Assembly (NCBI RefSeq): GCF_016433145.1
Contig: NC_058131.1
Coordinates: forward strand, 284,514,695-284,578,694
Length of the DNA stretch: 64,000 nucleotides
Origin: Gracilinanus agilis
Taxonomy: Eukaryota
Reading direction: 5' to 3'
The first letter of the stretch is position 1; every line of letters starts with the position of its first letter. Both the position numbers and the translations under genes were made by a program. The notes beneath the pieces were generated by a model that was not told where the DNA came from, searched no databases, and saw nothing but the letters and a program-made list of their open reading frames with translations. Shown piece after piece: positions 24,969-38,595 of the stretch.

Positions 24969-25423
24969 GTGAACCACTTTGTTCCCTGGCTCTTGTACCC
25001 CTCCCTAGTCCTTTTCTTTTACTCCACGATCTGTTCTATGCACTAACTTCACTTAAAGCTAAGGACCGCTTACTAAGAGCAACTGAAGCTTGCTGTGTGA
25101 TGTTGGATAAGTGACTCCTCCCCCCCCCCCCACGTGTTAATTTTTTTTCTCTAAACTGAGCAGCTTTCATTAGATGATCTTAAAGGTCCCTCTTTGCATT
25201 CTTCTCCATAGTCCACCCCATCTAAGTGACTGGACCTCTTTACTCTAGGAAAGATGGCAACAAGCATGTTTTAGAGTTATCTTCTTAGCACAGTATCTGA
25301 CATGTAGTAAGGACTTGATAAATGGTCTGATTTTTCTATCTGTATTTCCTGATTTTCTGCCTTTCTTGCCCCTACCAGATCCCTCTCCTCTCCTCTTGTA
25401 AGATTCTCCCTAATGCCCTAGAT

Positions 25424-25610
25424 CAGGGGTCGGCAACGTATGGCTTTGGAGCCATATCTGGCTCCACCTCCCGACCTGCCAGTCCGGGCCAAGGATGTGC
25501 CCCCAGGGGGCCCTTCAGCCCCCGCCCCAGATTCCAGGGCCTTCCGCCTCCATCCTCCTCCTTCCACACACATTTATGGCTCTCACTGCCAAAAAGGTTG
25601 CCGACCCCTG
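25424..25610. mobile_element. Young hAT MITE, 187 bp
   Basis: TIRs CAGGGGTCGGCAAC / GTTGCCGACCCCTG; perfect 8-bp TSD CCCTAGAT (25416-25423 / 25611-25618). Confidence 0.93.
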
Positions 25611-26715
25611 CCCTAGATTTTAGGATCATAGATTTAAAACTGATGGGGATTTTAGATAGCAGACATCTAGTGCAATCTTTGTTGTTGTTGTTTAGTCGTT
25701 TTATAGTAGTGTCTGACTCTTTGTAATCTCGTTTGGAGTTTTCTTGGCAGATATACTGGAATGGTTTGCCATTTCCTTCTCCAGCTCATTTTTACAGATG
25801 AGGAAATGAGGCAGACAGGTTTAAGTGAATTGCCCAGGGTCATACAGCTAGTAAATGTAACTCATGAAGATGAGTCTTCCTGACTCCAGGCCCAGTGCTC
25901 TATCCATTGTACAACCTAGGTATCCAGTCTCCCCAACTCTTATTTTGGATATGAGGAAACTGAATTCCATTGGTGTTCTTTTCCTGCTAGGCCCCTTAGA
26001 GTAAACATTGATACAGGCTGTTTTTAAGTTTGCAAATAGCTTTATGAAAGATATATCATTTAGTTTTTACAACAACTCCACAGGTAGGTGCTGTTATTAT
26101 CCCTGTATCATAGATGAGGAAACTAAGGGTAGCAGAGGTTAAATAACTTGCCCAGGATCATCAGCTTAGTAATAGTATCTGATGTAAGATTCAAACTTAA
26201 GACTTTCTGATTTGAAGTTTGGTTTTCAGAGGCAGCTAGATGGCTTAGTGGATTGAAAGCCAGGACTAGAGATGGGAAGTCCTAGGTTCAAATCTAGCCT
26301 TAGACACTTCCTAGCTGTGTGACTTGGGGCAAATCACTTAATCCCCATTGACTAGCCCTTGCTGTTCTTCTGCATTAGAACCAATACACAGTATTGATTC
26401 TAACACAGAAGATTAAGGTTATTAATTTTTTTTTAAGTCTAGCACTCTACCCACTGGACCACTCAGGATGCCTTATCTCTGACATTCCCTGCTAGGAATT
26501 GTTCTTGGTCTCTGAATTAGATGGATAGGCTTTTAAAGGTAATTTCTATTCCATTTCTCTTATTTTACAAGGAAAATAGGGACTTGGTATTAGAAATGTC
26601 TTGACTAAGGTTAAGAGGAATAACCTCAGGCCTAGAACTAGTTCCTAAAGTCCAAACTAAGTGTCATCTTTTTTTATTTTCCTTTACTACTTCACCCTAT
26701 CTACTCATTTTCCAG

Positions 26716-26847
26716 GTCTTAACTCAGAGAAGCAATTTACTCCTCAGGAGCACATCCGATTCCTGCTTGCCCCTACAGAAGGAAGTGAAAGGAAAGAACT
26801 GACTCTCATGGCCACCAATGTTCCAGTTCTTTCTGAACACCCATTAG
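26716..26847 (+). CDS. TRUB2: TRUB2 exon 2 (132 nt)
   Basis: ttccag|GTCTT...TTAG|gtaaga; GLNSEKQFTPQEHIRFLLAPTEGSERKELTLMATNVPVLSEHPL. Confidence 0.95.
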
Positions 26848-27060
26848 GTAAGATGCTTCTGGGACTTGTCAATGGGGTTAGGTAACCTCCATAAAGCAGG
26901 CAGGGAATTTAGTTTGATGCAACAAGTATTTAAGTACCTACTAGGAACCATGAGAGATTTTGTGGGAGAAGGGAGGGTGTTTTATTTTTAAACCCTTACC
27001 ATCCATCTTAGAGTCATTATTATGTATTGGTTCCAAGGTGGAAGAATGTAAGAGCCAGGC

Positions 27061-27263
27061 CAGTGATGGTGAAACTTTTAGAGACTGGTTACCTAAACTG
27101 CATGTGAACCCCCTGCCTTATCCCATACAGGGGAGGGAGGAAGTGCTCCCATTGGGCTGTTGGACAGAGGGGTGGGTAGACAGAAGATTTTCTTCAGGCT
27201 TGTGTGGAGATGGGGAGGGGAGAAGCCCCCTCCAGCACTCATGCCATAGCTTCACCAACATGG
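27061..27263. mobile_element. hAT MITE (~205-bp family) inserted inside an antisense SINE
   Basis: Left TIR CAGTGATGGTGAAACT; TSD AGCCAGGC / AGCTAGGC; the host SINE resumes collinearly afterwards. Confidence 0.85.
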
Positions 27264-28379
27264 AGCTAGGCAATCGGGATTAATTGACTTTCCTAGAGTC
27301 ACATAGGTATCTGAGTCTAGATATGAATCCAAGTCCTCATATCTCTAGGCCTGGCTCTAAATCTACTGAACCACCTAGCTGCCCCCATTTGTTTATTTAT
27401 TTATTAAAATTTTTTTTTTTTCTAAAACTCTTATCTTCCATCTTGGAATCAATACTGTGTGTTGGTTCCAAGGCAGAAGAGTGGTAAGGGCTAGGTAGCT
27501 GGGGTTAAGTGACTTGCCCAGGTCACACAATTAGGAAGTATCTAAGTCCAGATTTAAACCCAGGACCTCCTATCTCTAAGCCTAACTTTCTGTCTACTGA
27601 GCTCCTTAGCTTCCCTTCAGTAGCTTTAATTATAAATTCTCTTCAACTCTCCAACAAACTGGGATTGAGTTCTAGAGACAAATGGAGTCCTTTAGCTATG
27701 CAGGCTGTTAAATCCTTTCAGGAAGCCACATAGAAAGCTCTGGAGGGAAAGGAGTCTCCTTATTTAACTACATTGTCTTCAGCCTAAGACCTCTTCCCCA
27801 GTGGAGACAATCAAACTATTGTGGTTTGGCTTGTAAGTGGGAAATGGGTTTTAAGCAAGTTCATTGAACATGATTTGAGATTTGGATAATTCTAATTCTT
27901 ATCTTTCATTTTGAGAATGAACATTCACTCCTTCCTGTGTATTAGCTTAGTAGTAGAGCTCTGTACCTCCAGCTCTTCCCTCCATTCCTTCCCTCCCAGC
28001 TGGCTTTTTTTTCCTCTGGGACCTTCTTCAGAATGTTAGCAAAAGCCATCACCTGCTTTAATCATGATTAAAATAGAAGATCTTAACCTTGTTTGTGTCA
28101 TGGACTCCTTGGCAATCTAGTGAAACCAATAGACCCCATCTCTGAATAGGTTTTTTTATGCATAAAATAAAATACATAGTATTACAAATGAAACCCATTA
28201 TATCCTAATAGAGTTGTACTTTTTTCCAATTAAAGTTCATGGATCCCCGAAATCGATCCACTAACCCTTGGGCATCCATGGGCCTCAGGTTAAGATTCCT
28301 TCTTCTAATGGGAAAGATAACATGTGTATGTAAAAGTATATACAAGAAAGGAAAGAAAGGGAAGGCAGTTGGCAGGGGA

Positions 28380-28598
28380 GATGTTCAGGAAGAAGAGGCA
28401 CTTGGGTTGAGTCTTCTCAGCAATTAAAGGTTCTAAGAGCTAAGAAAATGAAGGAATCAATTTCAGAGAGTGCATTGGGGAGGAGCCTGGGGGTTTGAAG
28501 ATGGGGAACAGTCAAAGCAAAGCACAGAGAAGGGAAATAAGAATGCTGAGAGTATGGTATGGTAATTTGGTCATGTCAGGACCATAGAGAGAAAGAGA

Positions 28599-28659
<61 letters not shown>

Positions 28660-30130
28660 GTGACTGGGATGGGAAGGGGCAGGGCAGTAATGTCTAAGAA
28701 ATGTATCTGGTTGCGAAGACCATTAGGTGTTAAACAGAAGTGTTTATATTGAATTCTATAGTTAATAAAGACCCAAGAGAGCTCCTTGAATATAAGGGGT
28801 AGGGGCAAGGGTAACAGAGTCAGAACTGCACTTTAGGAAAATGAATTTAGTGGCTGTTGGAGGATAAATTGGAGTAGGAGAAAGTTTGAGGGGTGGAGAC
28901 CAACAGGATTTTAATAGTGTCATGGTCATGTGAATGGAGACATGGGCAATATAAAAGAGATGTCAGGAATGACAAGATTGGGCTACTGATTGGATATTTG
29001 AGGGGAGTGAAAGTCAGGAGTTCTGGATACAGCTGAGGTGATAGCCTGAGTGACAAGGATGATTCCCTCAGCAGTGATAGGGAAACTAAGAGGAGGGTTG
29101 TCCTTGAGGAGGTAAGGGGGGATTTTCTTTTAGACTTGGTGAATTTGAGATGCTTATGGGACAACTAGCTCAGAATATCCACCTTTCTTTTTTTTAATTT
29201 TTAAAAATTATTTAATTATTTTAATTTTACTTTATTTAGAATATCTACCCTTTAGCTGGTGATGTAGGAAAGGAAGAAACTAGAATTCAGGAAAGAAACT
29301 AGGGCTAGATATATATATTTGAGTGTCATCTGCATAGGGTTAATAATTTAACTTATGGGAGCTGATGAGAGTCTAGAGAGAAGACAGAAAAGGACACAGG
29401 ACCAAACCTTTGGGTTTACCCAAAGATGAAGATCTAGAAAAGCAGACTGAGAAGAAAGGGCCAGATGGGTAGGATGAAGATCAGGAGAGAGCAGTATTAT
29501 GAAACCCAGAGAGGAGAGTGTTTGGTAATGTCAAGAGGTCAAGAAGGATGAAGGTTGAAAAAAGGTCATTAGATTTGACAGTTAAAAGCTCACAGTTAGC
29601 TTTGTGGAGAAATGACAAAATTGAGTGATGAGGTAAGAAGCCAGATTGCAGTTTAGAGAAGAATGAGAGGAAAGGAATTGGAAGATTGTTTTTTAAACCC
29701 TTACCTTTCATCTTAGAATCAATACTGTGTATTGGTTCCAAGCCAGAAGAGCAGTAAGGGCTAGGCAATGAGGGTTAAGTGACTTGCCCAGGGTCACACA
29801 GCTAGGAAGTGTCTGAGGCTAGATTTGAGCCTAAGTTCTCTCATCACCAGACCTGGCTCTCATTCCACTGAGTTACCTAGTTGCCCTTGAACTAGAAGTT
29901 TCAAGTATAGAGAGGACTTTTTCAAGGAGTTTGGCCAAGAAAGGGAGGAGAAACGAGGAAGGTAGGATCTAGTGAAGATTTTTTAGGGACTGGGAGAATT
30001 TGGCATGTTTATAAGCAACAGGATAGGAACAGGTAGTTAGGGAGAAGTGGAAGATTAAAGAGAGTTAAGAGATGAGAGGGGGAATAATCTGCTCCAGAAG
30101 ACAAAAGGGAATGGCATCAGGTGTGCCTTT
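28380..30130 (-). mobile_element. Old L2 fragment(s) with internal SINE and (TG)n
   Basis: L2-like antisense words (GATTTGAGATGCTTATGGGACA, TTTGAGTGTCATCTGCATAG); bounds approximate. Confidence 0.55.
28600..28656 (+). repeat. (TG)~28 microsatellite
   Basis: Perfect dinucleotide run. Confidence 0.97.
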
Positions 30131-31083
30131 AGAATTGTTGGTAAAAATAGGGGATGATTGAAAGCACTGTGCAATTTTCTAAATGTATTTTTCCTCTGTA
30201 ATTATGGGCCTGGTATGCATATAATACATATGTATGTAGTATTATATGTAGTGCAGAGATAGTCTGGGAACCTTTTGTGCCCAAGGAAATTCTTTTGACT
30301 GAATTTTTTCCAGGGCATTTTTTCCTTCCCACTTATGAGACGCTTAGAAGCAGTTATAGGTCATTTTAATGACTGTGTCTTCAGGTAGGGGAAAATAGAC
30401 TTTTCATGTTCATTATAATAGGACGTGCAAGCCAGAACTGTCCCTGGTTGGGATTTCCTTGAATCAAAACATTTCAAGCAAATAAATCTTGAAAACTAAA
30501 GTCACTGACTAAAACCAGAAAAAATGGGGGAAAATAATATGGGATCATTCCCCTATTCCAAACCTAGGCTTTTTCCAGAATCCCCATTGGTCTCCAAAGA
30601 ATTCTTCTGTATTCTTGAGCCCCAGAGATGCTATTGTCACATTACTCTGTAAAATTTAAATTAATATCAATAACAATAACTCCCAAGTATTATTTTTCCA
30701 TAAAGTTCTATTAATAATCACTAAAGATAGAGAAAGCAGACTGAAGCCTAATCTAAACTAACTGACCACTACCTAGCTCTCCACATGGCTGGCTGACTCA
30801 GCCATGGTGCTCCACTGCCACCTCCAAGGGAATAGAGAGAGCCCTTCATCCTTTCTCTTGAACCCGGACCCTTAACCTTTAGTTCTAGTCATGTTCCTAG
30901 GGCTCTTCACCTGTGACCTCTGTTTGGAGCATTCACGTGACATCCAGCCATGCGAGGTGGGGATAGGGGAGACTAGACACGGACAAAAGACTCAAATCAC
31001 CTAATTTTATTCCCTGTTACCTCAGCTCTCAAATGCTCTATCTGCACAACTCCAGGGACCTCACATATCTTATGTCTTTCTAG

Positions 31084-31158
31084 TAAGAGGGCCAAACTAC
31101 ACCAGCGTGAAGGTGGGCGTCGGGCACCGACTGGATGTCAAGTCATCTGGAGTGCTCG
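31084..31158 (+). CDS. TRUB2: TRUB2 exon 3 (75 nt), with the catalytic GHRLD aspartate motif
   Basis: tttctag|TAAGA...CTCG|gtaggc; VRGPNYTSVKVGVGHRLDVKSSGVL. Confidence 0.97.
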
Positions 31159-31285
31159 GTAGGCAGGGTTGGCATGCTTTGGGTTGTGTGGCTTCTGCTT
31201 GGGAGATTAAGATGTCTTCTTGGAGGGTAAGATTAACAAGTGATAGCTGCTGAATGGAAGAGGGGCTGCATAAAAGAGAATGATA

Positions 31286-31483
31286 GGGGGCAGCTGGGTA
31301 GCTCAGTGGATTGAGAGCCAGGCCTAGAGACAGGAGGTCTTAGGTTCAAATCTGGCCTCGGACACTTCCCAGCTGTGTGACCCTGGGCAAGTCACTTGAC
31401 CCCCATTGCCTACCCTTACCAATCTTCCACCTATAAGTCAATACACAGAAGTTAAGGGTTTAAAATTTAAAAAAAAGAAAAAA
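31286..31483 (+). mobile_element. Young SINE1_Mdo-like element
   Basis: Perfect TSD AAAAGAGAATGATA (31272-31285 / 31484-31497). Confidence 0.92.
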
Positions 31484-32295
31484 AAAAGAGAATGATAACT
31501 ACCTCTTCTACCTGCCACCAAAGGAGTGTGGAATTCTGTATCAGGACCAAAAAAGTTCCTGTGAGAATCTTTCCTACAGGCACTCCTTGTTCATTGTCCT
31601 GCTATTCTAAAACCCTTTCCTGATCCTCTTTTGGCCCAGATCTTTGATACATTAGGATAGAGGACATAGGCCAAGGAGGGGTGTTAAAACTTTTAGACTT
31701 GTCCCAGAGCAGGAGTCAGGAAATACATGATGACATTTAGGATGTGTGAACATGTGGTTCTGGACCTGTTGTTAGGCACTTGGACAACATATCTATCATC
31801 AGAGACCATAGTGCCCTGGTTCTGAGGGACAGGAGCCAGCTGGCAGCAGCTCCTGTGCTATCTGTGGCCCTGGAGTCAGTGACCACATCATCCGGATGGG
31901 GCCAGTCACAGTCATCCTTTGTATTTTCCTTCATCTCTCTCCCCCACATCCCTTGAACCCCCCAACCCCCACTCAGCAGAAGTCAGGCTAGACAGACATG
32001 ATCTCATTTTGCTGTCCTTTTTCTTCCCTCCAAAAGAGGGATTTGGAGAAATTCTTTCCTTAAACCAGAATGAGAAACTGAGACCAGAACTTGCCCAGAG
32101 AATCCTCTGCCAGAATTTTACATGCTTGTTGCTCTTTTGTGATTGGACAGGACAACAGGGTTAGGAGACCCAAGCAGTAAATTGAGGCAGGACCAGAGGG
32201 TAATAGTTTTAGCAACTATTGGACAATTATTCCAATGGTGGGAATCCCCAAACATGAGGGGCTTGAGGATAAATTCTCAAATTGATATCTTTTAG

Positions 32296-32357
32296 TGCTC
32301 GGCGTGGGACATGGTAACAAGCTGCTCACAGACATCTACAATGCCCATCTCACCAAG
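32296..32357 (+). CDS. TRUB2: TRUB2 exon 4 (62 nt)
   Basis: cttttag|TGCTC...CAAG|gtacct; VLGVGHGNKLLTDIYNAHLTK. Confidence 0.96.
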
Positions 32358-33827
32358 GTACCTGCTGGGGATGCTTGGCTTTAGAGGTTAGCTATGTATC
32401 CTTGAATGAATAATTTAACTTCTGAGTCTCAGTTTCTTTGTTTGTAAAATGGGCAGAGATCATAATTCTGGTTTTCCCAAACTTCAAAGGTTGCTGTGAA
32501 GATCCTTGGAGTTAATGGATTGTGAGATTCCTTTTTAAGTAACTGGGTGTAAAGTCAGGAGGTGCCAGCTTATTATTTTTGTGTCCCCAAGGTTTAGACC
32601 TTGCTATGCCTTAGGCTACAGCAACTGAATGGGTCTAATGACCTCTTGCCTACATCTGGAATCTGGTAGAGAAAGGACTTCTTGGAGCCTCTGGGGAATA
32701 CATTAACTAACTTTGATGTACCTCCAGTGTGAAAGGCCATGTAGTTGCTATTGTAAGGGCTATATAAGAGCAGAAGACATAGTCTTTGCCCTTAAGAACC
32801 TTAAAGTCATTCATTTATTTGTTCCCAGAAATGCTCACTCAGTACCTAGGCACAAATTCACTAGGCACGAATATGTGAAAAGTTAAGTAATAATGAAAAA
32901 GATAGTATAAGGCTGTGCAGGTGTGTGTGGCCCATCGAGAGGAACAGAGAGGCCTGGTTGAAGTTGAGGAGGGAGAGAAACACTACTGTACTTTAGGAAG
33001 GGCTAATGCATGGAAGAAGTGAATTGAGTTGAACCCTAAAGGATAGAGACGATGAGTGTGAACAGGTTATTGAAGGCTAAGGAAGGAGAAGAAGTTGGAC
33101 ATCGAGGTTCACATTGTGTTGGAGAGGGGCAGCTAGGTGGCAATTTTAAAGTGCTAGATTGAGTTGGGAGGACCTGGGTTCAAATCTGACCTCGGATACT
33201 TCCTAGCTGTGTAATCTTGGGCAAGTCACTTATAACCTTGTTTGCCTAGGCCCTTAACAGAAGTCTTAGAATTGTTACTAGAAAATAAGAGTTTTAAAAA
33301 GAAAAAAAAGATGTGTTTTCAGGACAGTGGGCCAGATCAATGAGAGGAGAGATTTTGTGAAGATGATTATTGACAAATAAGACTTGTTTAGAGACAAATT
33401 GTGGAAGGTTTTGATCGTTGGGATGAACGATGGGGAAGGGCCATCTATTGTACTTTCATGGGGCTCAGATCTCTTTATAGCCCCTGGTTTTATTTATCGA
33501 CTTCTTAAAAATATAGCCAAAATAGAGAGGCAAAGAAGTACAATAGGCATAAATCAGGAGCAAAGAATACAAATTTTTGAGGGCAGGGCCTGTCTTTCAT
33601 GCTGCTCTTAACCTAGCAAACCATGGGTATGTAGTAAATGTTCAACAGGTTGTCTGCTTCACTGTCCCAACCTCCAGGAGCATAGTAAATATTAGGTGAC
33701 TTGCTTCATTATCTCTTGACTTTGGGACCTTTAGTTATCATAGCAAGAGATGTGTTCCATTTAAGCTGTTTTTTTGGGGGGTTCACTTGAAAGAGTGAAG
33801 ATTGATGCTTCATCTCCTTTCTCAAAG

Positions 33828-33909
33828 GATTACACAGTTCGTGGGCTCCTGGGAAAAGCCACTGATGACTTCACTGATGAGGGCAGGCTGATTGAAAAGA
33901 CTACTTATG
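33828..33909 (+). CDS. TRUB2: TRUB2 exon 5 (82 nt)
   Basis: ctcaaag|GAT...TATG|gtaaga; DYTVRGLLGKATDDFTDEGRLIEKTTY. Confidence 0.97.
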
Positions 33910-35249
33910 GTAAGAGCATCTGAGAGCCAAGGTAACAGGGAATAAAATTAGGTGATTTGAGTCTTTTGTCCATGTGTAGTCTCCAGTCTTTCTCCAAGGC
34001 CTCTGAGACTCCTGAGCTAGTGCTAAGCAGAAAGAGACAAGCATAGCTTGGGGCTTCAGTAAGCAAATTCTTGTCATGGAGGAAAGAGTACTGAATTTGG
34101 AGTCAGAGAATCCAGGTGCCATTCCTGGCTAAAGTATTTACTATCTGTTCCCAAACTCTCAAAATGAGGCCAGACTAGATCCCTTTTAGCTCTTTCTTTG
34201 ATTCTTGTGTCCCCTTCAGGGCAGGGCTGATACTTGTGATAGAAGTCAACAAGACAGATTTTGGTTCAATCTAAGAGAACTCCTTAATAAGCAAGAATTC
34301 TGAGAGTGAAAAAGAGTGCTTTAGGAGCTTTCTGTTATTTGGAATGTCCACCTTTCTCTATGTGATGCTATGAAGGGGATTTCTACATGGACCTCATAGC
34401 CATCTGCTCTAGGTTAGACTAGAGAGTCCCTAAGGTCTGCTCTACTGTAACTTGAAGATTCTAGGAATCTGAAATGACCTAGGTCAGCCCCAAGGCAGGA
34501 TGACTTCTTAACCAGGTAATTGTTAGAATTTTTGTATCCTATATAGACCCTTCTTGACTTCCCCTTGACTTCCCCTTAGGCTGGAGCTCCCCAGTAGCCT
34601 GAGGCCGGAACCTTTCTTATGAACATGCAGGACAAGGGTAGATCAAATAGTGTGCCTTTCAAGCAGCTTGTTTTTCCAGATGAAATTATGTTCAAATGAA
34701 CTTTGAGAAGAGAAAGAAATCACATTAGGGTAACAGGGAGCTTAAGGAGGAGGCATATAGGTGGGATTTGGGTAGCCTTACTCATTTGCCTTAGCAATGG
34801 TGACAGAATTTAGTGGCAAGAGGGCAAGTAAAGACACATTAGGCCTTTTATAGCACCATCAAGAGAACCTGTCTTTTGCTGGCTAAAGTTTAGCTTCACA
34901 AAGTCATCACCCCTTTTGCCCTGGGTGGGGAAAGCTAGGGAAAGAATCATTGCTTGATCTCCAACTCACTGTGAAGTAGTAGGACCTTGGCTTCTGATGG
35001 AAAAGTTGTGTGGGAAGGTGTGAGCATCCCAGGAATGTGCCAGAGGGATGGTGTGGGTACAGCAGAATCATTTTGTTTCTAAGGGGGCAATTCTTCCCTT
35101 GCCTTGGTGCATACCCACTCTAGTAGTTGGAGAGAGAGAGAGATAGAAGGAGGAAAGAGACTATAGGCTGAGCTGGGAGGCTGGAAGTGTGTGTGTGGGG
35201 GGTTAGCTTCCCCTTGTGATTCTGTTCTAATATCCATTCACTTCCCCAG

Positions 35250-35322
35250 ATCATGTAACCCAAGAGAAGCTTAGCAGAATCCTGGCAGTCATCCAGGGCT
35301 CCCATCAGAAGGCATTGGTAAT
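35250..35322 (+). CDS. TRUB2: TRUB2 exon 6 (73 nt)
   Basis: ttccccag|ATCAT...GTAAT|gtaagt; DHVTQEKLSRILAVIQGSHQKALVM. Confidence 0.97.
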
Positions 35323-37194
35323 GTAAGTGTCAAGACCGGGCTGTCTGCCCTCGCCCTTTCCCAGTAGGGCCAATATTCAAAGCTGGAATCCAGCCTATAA
35401 CTGGTCCCTGTGTTGTGTTGGCTAGAGTTCTTGTCTTGGGACAACTTTTCCTGGTCGTTTCCTGAAACCTCTCCGGGAGGGAGCCCAGATCTACTTTCTG
35501 TCAGATTTCCCATAATGCCATTCCCAGAACTTTTCCACTCCAGGTCCAATTTCAACCCTGGTTGAACAGGCAAGGCATTCATTCAACAGGTGATCCAGCT
35601 TCTTACTTTGCTATATATAGGTGTTAAATATATATATTTAAATATATGCTATATATAGGTGTTAAAAAAAAAGGGGTGGGGGGTTGGGGGCAGCTAGGTA
35701 GCTGGATGGAGAGAGGGCCAGGCCTAGAGTTGGGAGCACCTGGGTTCAAATATGACCTCAGATACTTTTGTGTGATGCTGGGCAAGTCATTTAACCCCCA
35801 TTGCCTAGCCCTTGCTCTTTTGTCTTAGAATTGATACTAAGACAGATGGTAAGGGTTTAAAAGAAAAAGGTATAGGTGTTGAAATCATTTGATGGGACAC
35901 TCCCGCACTTCTTTGAAAAATGTCTTCCTCCTTTTAAGACCTTAATTTTTTAATTCTGAAATTGAATATGAAAAAAGTATTTTCATACATATTGTAAAAC
36001 ATAACAAAAAAGGATTATATATGAAACTATGAGCCTCCATTTCATATCACAGTTGTTCTGCTTATCTGTGCTTCCTTCTGTTCTCTTCTGTGTATAAAAA
36101 AAATATATGTATATAAGGTATATCTTCTGTCTTAGAATCAATACTAGGTATTGATTCCAAGGCAGAAGAGCAGTAAGGGCTAGGCAATGGTTGTTAAGTG
36201 ACTTGCCACAGGGTTAGAGAGTTAGGAAGAATTTGAGATCACATTTGAACCCAGGACCTTCTTTTAAGCCTGGCTCTCAATCCATTGAGTTACCTACCTG
36301 CCTCTCATTAAAAAAAAAAAAAAATTACAATGCCCCCTGCCTTTTTTTTTTTGGCTGCACTAATTCTATCCCCTCCTCTGTCCAGACCTCCCAAATAAAA
36401 ACCAAGAGAAAGGAAAAAGCCCACCCTATAACAAGTAAGTAGAGTCAGGCAAAAGGAATGCAAAGTGACCATGTCCAAAAATGTCTTGTTCCTCATCTTG
36501 TCTCTCTTGATTCTGTCAACACACTCCATCCTTTGGAGATATTGTTGATTATTGCATTGTTCAGAGTTCTCCCTCAACTCCTACTTCAGGTTATTGCCAA
36601 GACCTATGGTTTGGCTTTTGCAGTGTCTATCATCCTTGTTAGCCCTTTCTTGAAGTCTCCTTGTATATGCATCATACATGTTCCTCCCAGTACAACTAAG
36701 CTCCCTCTGGGCAGAGACTATTTCCTCGGTGGTGGGTTGTTTGTTGCTTTGTATACAATATCTACTTGCTACATGTTTGTTGAATTCCATATGTGTTGCC
36801 TTTTCTCCTTTCCTACCACTACCACCAGAATTCTTTATTAATGCAACAAGATCATAATTGATCCTTTGGCTTCTCCTCTGATGTGTGTTGCATAGATTGC
36901 CACATAAATCATCTCAAAAGACAATTCTGATCATATCACCCCTCTGCTCAAAAATCTTTACTGGCTCCCCAGTATCAAATGCAGAGAGGCAGCTAGGTGG
37001 CTCAGTAGATAAAGAGCCAGGCTTAGAGGAGAGAGGTCTAGGTTCAAATGTGGTCTCAAACTCTTCTTAATTCTGTAACCTTGGGCAAGTCACTTAATCC
37101 CTATTGTCTAGCCCTTACCACTCTTCTGCCTTGTAACTGATACTTAATATTGATTCTAAGACAGAAGGTATGGATTTAAAAAAAACAACTCAGA

Positions 37195-37354
37195 ACTCAA
37201 GTAGAAACAGATCTCAGTGCTTCCTGTTGACTTAGAAAACCACAAATTAACATTATCTATGTTATACCTATATTTTGTGTGTGTGACGCATTTCCCAAAT
37301 ACATTTAATCTGGTTTGGGCTGGATAGGCATTTGCCGTGAGTTTGACATCTCTG
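37195..37354. mobile_element. Degenerate hAT MITE fragment (right end only)
   Basis: Right TIR-like GTTTGACATCTCTG (37341-37354) followed by ATCTA; left TIR not found. Confidence 0.5.
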
Positions 37355-37941
37355 ATCTATTGCAAAAGCAGTTTTCTGAGATGAAAATAATCTTGAGTAT
37401 GAATACTTGGAAAGTATTTATACACCTGTATGTATGCCTTTACCTTTCCTTTTCAACCTTCTTTCCCATTACTTCTCTGTTTGACTTTTGCCAAATACTT
37501 TCTGAATGTACCATCTCTGTGTCTGTTCATTATTATTCTCTCTGTCCTGAATGCCCTCCTCCCACTCTACTCTTTAAAGCTTATCTCAGATGCTATTTCC
37601 TTTCCTGATTTCCCTCCAGCCACATGTGATCTCTCTCATAGAATAAATCAGTATTTCATAAAAAGTATATGCCTTCTGTGACATATCCCATACGCCCATT
37701 CTACCTTGTGTCAGAGTTAGTGGCCCTGCCTTATTCCCCTTCAGGGATTGTCTCTTTCACTTGTGTATCCTCAAAAGTGCCTTATAGATTGCTGACTGAA
37801 CTGGATTTACCTTGCCTTTCCTGACATTGAATTATTTCTGGTTAGGCAAAACAGCTTCATTTGGAGTTAGGAATGGGAAGACACCTCAATTTCATCCCAA
37901 GCTTTTATTGTGAAGTGGTCATTTGTCATCCTCTTCCCTAG

Positions 37942-38078
37942 GCATTCTAATCTTGACTTGAAGACCCAAGAGGCCTACGAAATGGCTGTGAAAGGGTTAA
38001 TCCGGCCCATGTGCAAGACTCCAATGCTGATTACGGGAATACGGTGCCTCCAGTTTGCTCCTCCTGAATTCCTCTTAG
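37942..38078 (+). CDS. TRUB2: TRUB2 exon 7 (137 nt)
   Basis: ccctag|GCAT...TTAG|gtagga; HSNLDLKTQEAYEMAVKGLIRPMCKTPMLITGIRCLQFAPPEFLL. Confidence 0.97.
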
Positions 38079-38595
38079 GTAGGATTTGGGAGCATAGAAA
38101 GTCAAGACAGCCTGAGAGTAGAAGAATAAGGCTAGTCTACTTCCATGAAAGTAACCTTAGGGTAACCCTGGAAGACAGTTCTCAATCTTTATTGACAGTT
38201 ACTCCTTTTCCACCAAACCCAGATGGTCTGAGCAGAGCTGTGAGGCCTCACAGCATCATTCCCTGCCATGGCTTTTAGGGTCTCCAGCTTTTCCCACCCC
38301 CAGTGCAAAGGACCTTGCCAGATAGCAGACTTCATACAACAAATGCTCTCATATCTCATGCCAAATCACTCTTTGAAGCAGAATCTTAACAAGCAAAGGT
38401 TATATTTAGAGGCATGTTCCCAGGGTTGGATGGCATTTCATGTTGCTGGCAAAGCTCTCCCAGTGAATTTCTCTATTGCTTTGACCTCATTCAGTTCCCT
38501 ACTTTCTTCCTGATCCCTCTCCTCCTTCGATTGCTTTTCATCTTGCTTGCTCATACTCCTTTCTCTCTAACTCCTTGTCTTTTTCCCTGGTATAG

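Noticed and set aside
24969-25114. Read-through of TRUB2 exon 1 (81-aa ORF)
   Set aside because: Intronic extension with no homology; the 132-nt exon 2 joins in the correct phase.
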